Source: an uncultured delta proteobacterium
GTDB taxonomy: Bacteria; Myxococcota_A; Polyangia; Fen-1088
Length of the DNA: 64,000 nucleotides
Direction of reading: 5' to 3'
Assembly (NCBI GenBank): GCA_963737265.1
Contig: CAVTRY010000002.1
Location: 42,018 to 106,017 of the forward strand
A program made the position numbers and the translations under genes. Shown piece after piece: positions 58,487-64,000 of this stretch; positions within the stretch are counted from its first letter, which is position 1; each line of letters starts with the position of its first letter. Below the pieces are notes generated by a model that worked only from the letters and a program-made list of their open reading frames with translations, had not been told where the DNA came from and made no database searches.

Positions 58487-60270
58487 TTAGAGCACCCACT
58501 GCGCTAGGTGTACGCGCAGGCCGCCGTTGCGAAGCGCGTGGGTCTTAGTCGGCGGCCGCCGCGCGCCTGCCGCCACCGCCTCCACGAAGGCCGGATTCGG
58601 GCACAGAACGCCCGCGCGCCAGCCCCGATAGTGTGCGGCGAGCGTCTTGCCGAGCTCGCGCGCGAGACGCTTGGCTTGCCCTTTGTCGCCGAGGCGGTGG
58701 CCGTAGGGCGGATTGACGACAAGAAGACCCGCTTGGTCCGGAATTTCGCCTTCGCCAAGCGCGGCCTCGGCGAAGTAAACATCGTTCTGCACGTTCGCGC
58801 GCACGGCGTTGCGGCGAGCGGTGTCCACGGCGCGGCCGTCGCGATCCAGCCCAAGGATGGGCGCTGGCGCGTTCGGCAGCGGAACCGCCGAGTCACGCAG
58901 CGTTTGCCACGAAGGTGCATCGTGGGCAGGCCAGCGTTCGAAGGCGAACGGGCGGGCCAAGCCGGGCGCCATCCTGCGCGCCATGGCCGCGGCTTCGATA
59001 GCGATGGTGCCCGCGCCGCACATCGGATCCACGAATGGCAGCGTGGGATCGTATTCGCACAGGGCGAGCAGGCCCGCGGCCAAGGTCTCGCGCAGGGGCG
59101 CGCGCCCAGCTTCGAGGCGCCAGCCGCGACGGTGGAGAAGCGGTCCCGAAGCATCCGCGCTGGCGGTGAAGCGATCGTCCTGCCCGCGCAGCAAGATGCG
59201 CGTGCAATCTTCGTCCTCGCTTCGGTTCCGTCGGCTTTTTCGCGTTTGGGCAGCTTGCCCACGCGGTCGGTGATTGCCAGCTCAACGGTCTCGGCCAAGG
59301 CGCCGGTGTGGTAGAGGCGGCAGTGGCTGGTCGAAACATCGATGCGCAGGGCGCGGTCGGCAGGGATGTAACTTTGCCAGGGAAACTTTGCCAGGCTTCG
59401 GCGAAGCGGCGCGAAGTCGCGCGCCTTGACCTCGCCCATGCGCAGGACGATACGGGTGGCGATGCGGCTGTGCAGATTGGCGGCCATGCCCGCGCCGAGC
59501 GTTCCCGCAAATTCGACGCCGCCCTCGACCACGCGCGGATTCTCGATCGCCCCGAGCGCGACCAGTTCGGCGCACAGAGGCTGTTCCAGGCCGGGCGAGG
59601 CGACCGCGAACCAATGCAGTTTGCTCGCAGCCTTCGCATGCTTCGGCACGTGCGGGCTCGCCGGTTTGCGTTCGCCCATTTTGGGCATGCTCGCGGGCCG
59701 TCCGGCAAAGCGCAGGTGGGCCAGGATTTCGACCGTCCCGCTGCCGCCCGCCACGGGCGAGTCGGTGTATCCTAGCAGCTCGAAACCGAGCCGGTCGGCC
59801 TTGGTGCGAAAGGTGTCGACGGCGCGCATGCGCAAATCAGGCGCGTCGACCTGGCCGTCCTTCACCAGGTGGCTTGGCAGCTCGAACTGCGGCTTAACCA
59901 GAACGACACCCTCGGCGCCTGCGCGCAGGCGGAAGGCCAGCCCGCGCAGCATGCTTCGCGCGGCCACGAAGCTGACGTCTACAGTGAAAAAATCGAACGG
60001 GCCAGGCGCCACATCCAGCGACAGGGTCTTGAAGTCGGTGCGCTCCAAGCTGGTCACGCGCCCGTCGCGCGCCAGCTCGTCCGCGAGCTGCCCATGTCCC
60101 ACATCGATGGCCGTTACACGATGGGCGCCGTGTTCGAGCAACACCGAGACGAACCCACCCGTGGACGCGCCAACATCGACCGCGCTGGCGCCGCGCACGC
60201 GCGCGGCCAGCTTGAAATGCGAAACAGCGGCGTCGAGCTTGCGCCCGCCGCGCGTGCGATCCTCTGTCAT
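58487..60270 (-). CDS. TlyA/FtsJ-like methyltransferase fused to a THUMP + RlmL-like methyltransferase; frameshift near 59220
   Basis: DVGASTGGF, IDVGHGQL, DVSF, LVKPQFE; then THUMP (SPGLE..EL..NLHSRIATRI); after the shift HRRG.R..APLRETLA, DPMCGAGT, NPPYG.RL. Confidence 0.8.
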
Positions 60271-60369
60271 GGGCCGGCGAATCTACGAGCTTTCACGCCC
60301 GAAGCCACGCGCGAATGCAAACGGCGAAGCAGGCTGCCCCGCCTCGCCGCTGTTGTTCGCGAAACTGGA

Positions 60370-60942
60370 CTACGGAGTACAGGTTCCTGTCGTGCAGGAT
60401 GAGGTCGATGAGCTGCTAGCATTGCAAGCATCGCTCAGAAGCACAGCCGAGGATCCCGTGCAGGTGACGGAGGTCTGGCCCGTGCTCGGGTCGGAGGCCA
60501 GTGTACCGACGACAGCTCCTGACCCATTCTTAAGGGTCAGCGCACCTCCCGCTAGCAACGAGGCCAAGGTCCCAGTCATCGACCAGCAGGTCGTTGTGCC
60601 TTTCTTCACCGTCGAGGTAATGTTAAGGGATGCATCAATTGTATTGATGATCTTCACTCCATTCGCGTAGCAGATATTGCTGGCCCCGGTGGTGGCATCG
60701 TCTTGCTGGACGCACGCGCCGGAAGGGACGCAGGTTTGCGATGCACCCAGGCAGCTCGGCAGGTTGCAGCTGCCTGAACTTCCACCGCCTGACACACCGC
60801 CACTACCGCTGATTCCTCCACCGCCTGCAATTCCGCCGTTTCCACTGCTACCACCGCCGCCGTCTCCACTGCTGCTGCTGCCGCCGCAGCCCACTGTCAG
60901 AGCAACGATTCCCAGGGCCAGAAATGTCTCGATTGTGCGCAT
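60370..60942 (-). CDS. Gly/Ser- and Cys-rich lipoprotein
   Basis: AAGGAG RBS; MRTIETFLALGIVALTVGC lipobox; Gly linker; paired Cys. Confidence 0.75.
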   Translation of the reverse strand: MRTIETFLALGIVALTVGCGGSSSSGDGGGGSSGNGGIAGGGGISGSGGVSGGGSSGSCNLPSCLGASQTCVPSGACVQQDDATTGASNICYANGVKIINTIDASLNITSTVKKGTTTCWSMTGTLASLLAGGALTLKNGSGAVVGTLASDPSTGQTSVTCTGSSAVLLSDACNASSSSTSSCTTGTCTP

Positions 60943-61063
60943 ATTCTTCTCCTTGATAATCCGATGGCTCGCGTCCGCATTTCGATGAACCGCCGGATTA
61001 TCGCACAAAAATGCGAGCTTGCCGCGAACTCCGGCGGCGGAGCGACGGGAGCCCACATCGGCC

Positions 61064-62035
61064 TCAAAGCCCCTTCATGTAAGCGCGAAGATCGTCAGGC
61101 AACGGGCTTTCCACGGCGGTCATTTCTTTTGTCTGGGGATGGGGAAAGACCAATCGGGTCGCGTGTAGGGCGTGGCGGGGCAGGCCGTCGAAGCGTTCGA
61201 GCAGCTCGGGCGTAAGCCCCGAGTCGCAGTAGTCCATGAAGGCCTGCTCGCCAGCGCCGTACAGCTTGTCGCCCACGATGGCATGGCCGATGGAGGCCAG
61301 GTGCACGCGGATTTGGTGTTGGCGGCCGCTTTCGGGCGATGCCTCGATGAGGGCATGCTTGGCGAAGACCTCCTGAATGCGATAGCGCGTGACCGCGGGC
61401 AGCCCGTCGGATTCTATCCCCATCATGAGGTGCGTTTTGCTCTCGATGAGGCGCATGGGCGCGTCGATGATACCCTCGGCCTGCGCGGGCACGCCGTGCA
61501 CGAGCGCAAGGTAGGTCTTCTTCACCGCCCGACGAGCGAAGGCGCGCTTGAGAAACGACGCTGCCTCGTGCGTGCGCGCGACCAGCAGCACCCCCGAGGT
61601 TTCGCGGTCGATACGGTGGCAGATTTGCAGCTTTTCCTCGGGATAGCGTTCGCGCAGCAGGGCCACCAGGGTGTTCTTCCAGAACTTGGCCGTGGTGTGC
61701 ATGGGCAGTCCGGCCGGCTTGTCGATGGCCAAGAAAAACGCGTCCTCGGCCAGAATTTCGAAGTGGCGCGGCACCTCGGGCTCGATGGGTGCCGGGCGAT
61801 CGATGTGGATGGTGTCGCCGGTGTGAACGATCAGCGACGAGCGCGGCGTGCGCCCAGTCGCCAGCCGCACCTGGGTTTCGATGATGGTGTGAATCTTGGT
61901 GCGCGACAGGCGCCGGATGCGCTGCTTAAGAAAGTGGTCGAGCCGCCAACCGTCGCACTCGGGCGGCACACGCAGCGCCAGCGGCATGATCTCGCGCGGC
62001 TCGGACAGGGCGAGACCAGCGTCGTCGGTCAACAC
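61064..62035 (-). CDS. RluA/RluD family pseudouridine synthase
   Basis: S4-like RLDHFL, IDKPAGL, HRIDRETSG, GRQHQIRVH, GDKLYG; start uncertain. Confidence 0.92.
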   Translation of the reverse strand: MLTDDAGLALSEPREIMPLALRVPPECDGWRLDHFLKQRIRRLSRTKIHTIIETQVRLATGRTPRSSLIVHTGDTIHIDRPAPIEPEVPRHFEILAEDAFFLAIDKPAGLPMHTTAKFWKNTLVALLRERYPEEKLQICHRIDRETSGVLLVARTHEAASFLKRAFARRAVKKTYLALVHGVPAQAEGIIDAPMRLIESKTHLMMGIESDGLPAVTRYRIQEVFAKHALIEASPESGRQHQIRVHLASIGHAIVGDKLYGAGEQAFMDYCDSGLTPELLERFDGLPRHALHATRLVFPHPQTKEMTAVESPLPDDLRAYMKGL

Positions 62036-62883
62036 TCGCGTTTCTTCGTCGAGTACGCACGCTCGTCGGCCTGGCGTGCGCCTTCCATGATCAGAAACGA
62101 GGTCGACATGCCTATCTGGTCGTCGCCGTCCACGCTGCCCGCGCTGAACTCGAAGGTGCCAATCGGCCACTGCAACATTTCGTAGACGGCGTGTGCGCCG
62201 TGCGGACCTTGCTCGCCGTCGATGCGCGCGCGAATCACCCTTCCCTGACGGAGAGCCGCGCGCCCGGTCCCGCTCGGGCTGTGCAGCGTCGCGAGGCCCG
62301 ACATTCGCTCAAGCTCGATGACCATGAGCAGACTCGATAGACCAAAGCTCGCCAGCGAGCCGCGCAGGGCTGGCTCTAGCCCTTCCATCTCCCACGATTC
62401 GCTCGGCGCGGGCGGAGGATACTCGGCGAGCTCGGAGGCGTCGTGCGCGCCCGACGGCACTTCGACGATGATCTTGGTCGAGCCCGAATAGTTGGCATCA
62501 CCCGCGCGTGCGCCCAAGGCCCTGTCCACCGCGGCCCGCAAGTCGACGATGGTGAAGGGCTTGGTGAGCAACCGATCCAGGCCTGGCCGAAAACTCTGGC
62601 CCGGCTTGAGGCCGGGCGATTCGTCGGCCATGAAGATGATGGGCACGCCGGCCATCTGCGGCTGATTGCGCATGGCCTCTGCCATCAACCACGCATCCGT
62701 GGTGGGCAGATGCACCTCCATGACGATCAAATCTGGGCAGGCATGACCGGCAAGGATAAGCGCTTCCCAGCCATCCCCGGCACAATCGACGCGAAAACCC
62801 GACTGCACTAGTTGCGACGAAACCACCTGTTGCGACCATGGATCGTCGTCAACGACGAGCACTCGGATTCTTGTAGAGCTCAC
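62029..62883 (-). CDS. Atypical response regulator + DUF4388
   Basis: VLVVDDD..LIVME..TKPF; LRGSL..W..GTFEF..LIMEGARQADE. Confidence 0.85.
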   Translation of the reverse strand: MSSTRIRVLVVDDDPWSQQVVSSQLVQSGFRVDCAGDGWEALILAGHACPDLIVMEVHLPTTDAWLMAEAMRNQPQMAGVPIIFMADESPGLKPGQSFRPGLDRLLTKPFTIVDLRAAVDRALGARAGDANYSGSTKIIVEVPSGAHDASELAEYPPPAPSESWEMEGLEPALRGSLASFGLSSLLMVIELERMSGLATLHSPSGTGRAALRQGRVIRARIDGEQGPHGAHAVYEMLQWPIGTFEFSAGSVDGDDQIGMSTSFLIMEGARQADERAYSTKKREC

Positions 62884-62919
62884 ATTTCATCCCGATGCCG
62901 CATGGCACCCACTTCTGGT

Positions 62920-63483
62920 CTAATCGTCGTCGAGAATTCCGCTCCAGTGCCAGTTGCCCCGTTCCTGCTCTTCGGGCTTTGGCCGGGTGGACTTCTTCTT
63001 TTCCGGACGTTCCCGTCGCGTCTCCGGCTTGGGTGGAGCCCTGTCCGCGGGACGGCTGTCGAAACCGCCCGCTCCCGGCCTTGGTGGACCAAAGGTACGC
63101 GGCGGTCCTCCCGGTCCCGTCGACGGTGGACCACCCGGGCGCGGCCCCGAGGGACCTGGCCCACCGGGACGTGGCCCGCTAAAGCGGGGCGGTCCACCCG
63201 GTGCGCCACCGGGCCTGGGCGCGCCAGGCGCGGGCCTGGCTTGGGCCTCCTCGATGATAAGCGGCCGGCCCTGCACGAGCCTGCCGCTAAGTTTCTCGAT
63301 GGACTGCTTGGCGCCCTCATCGGTTTCGGTTTCGACGAAAGCGAAACCGCGTGGTCGCTGCGTGTCCCGGTCAAACGCAACGCGGACGCTGCGCACGATG
63401 ATATTCTCGGAAAGGAAAACCTCTTTCAGTTCCTGCTCGTTGACGTTGTAGGAGAGGTTTCCTACGAAAAGGCGCGTTCCCAT
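62920..63483 (-). CDS. RRM RNA-binding protein with Pro/Gly-rich tail
   Basis: RNP2 LFVGNL and RNP1 RGFAFVE. Confidence 0.92.
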   Translation of the reverse strand: MGTRLFVGNLSYNVNEQELKEVFLSENIIVRSVRVAFDRDTQRPRGFAFVETETDEGAKQSIEKLSGRLVQGRPLIIEEAQARPAPGAPRPGGAPGGPPRFSGPRPGGPGPSGPRPGGPPSTGPGGPPRTFGPPRPGAGGFDSRPADRAPPKPETRRERPEKKKSTRPKPEEQERGNWHWSGILDDD

Positions 63484-63512
63484 GAACTGCTATCCTCGCT
63501 CCTGCTTTCCCG

Positions 63513-63800
63513 CTAACTGGTCGCCACGCCGTTGACTTTGTCGCGCAATTCCTTGCCGACCTTGAACGTGGGTGTCTTACGTGCGGCTATTTGGATGGTT
63601 TCACCCGTGCGGGGGTTGCGCCCGCTTCGCGCGGCTGATTCGCGAATTTGGAAAGCGCCGAATCCACGGATGTCGATTCGTTCGCCTTTGGCCAGGCCGT
63701 CGGCGACGGCGTCTAGCAGCGATTCAATAGTTTGCTCAACCTGCGGCTTGGGGAAGTTGAGCTTCTGGGCCACGAGATCCACGAGATCGGACTTCTTCAT
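63513..63800 (-). CDS. HU/IHF family DNA-binding protein
   Basis: IRGFGAF, GRNPRTGE, PTFKVGKELR. Confidence 0.95.
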   Translation of the reverse strand: MKKSDLVDLVAQKLNFPKPQVEQTIESLLDAVADGLAKGERIDIRGFGAFQIRESAARSGRNPRTGETIQIAARKTPTFKVGKELRDKVNGVATS

Positions 63801-64000
63801 CGGTTGCTTGTTCTCCTTCAGTAAACGCTATCGCGCAAGCAGCGCACGCCGCGCTTCTTGCTTTGGGGTGATGCGCCAGATACCTGGCAAGATAGAGCGG
63901 CATCTTGGCCGCGGTCAAGTCTACCCCGAGAGATCGAGATCGCCCACGATTGCTCGCAATGAGCCGCGGTGCTGCACCAGAAGCTCTTTTGCGCGGGCTG

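Overview
High-GC window, most likely from a Myxococcota (Polyangia-like) genome; this is inferred from the giant TPR protein, DUF4388 response regulators and Gly/Cys-rich lipoproteins. Most of it is core chromosome: marR-leuCD, argH, hisBHAF, metK, dacB, LD-carboxypeptidase, ruvX-mltG, msrB-msrA, RNA modification genes and HU/IHF. It also holds a polysaccharide gene block, a HepT/MntA toxin-antitoxin pair, a small PatA-type chemosensory operon divergent from a GAF-PilB/GspE ATPase, and a ~2600-aa TPR protein. The most unusual region (~3.0-13.0 kb) is an integration hotspot at tRNA-Arg(UCG). The intact tRNA (10945-11018, minus strand) has a displaced 3' half on one side (3048-3090) and a displaced 5' half on the other (12817-12850). 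The left 7.9-kb island keeps att cores, arm-type repeats, IHF sites and an excisionase but has no integrase. Its cargo is a Schlafen(AlbA_2)-HATPase protein, a TOTE-type primase-helicase and an intact ISKra4-like IS. The right side holds decayed tyrosine integrase remnants. Other notable items are a TlyA-like/THUMP-RlmL-like methyltransferase fusion, a 152-bp MITE and a MarR operator palindrome. Several 1-nt indels fall in short base runs and may be sequencing errors. All protein family calls come from motif recognition by eye, not database searches.
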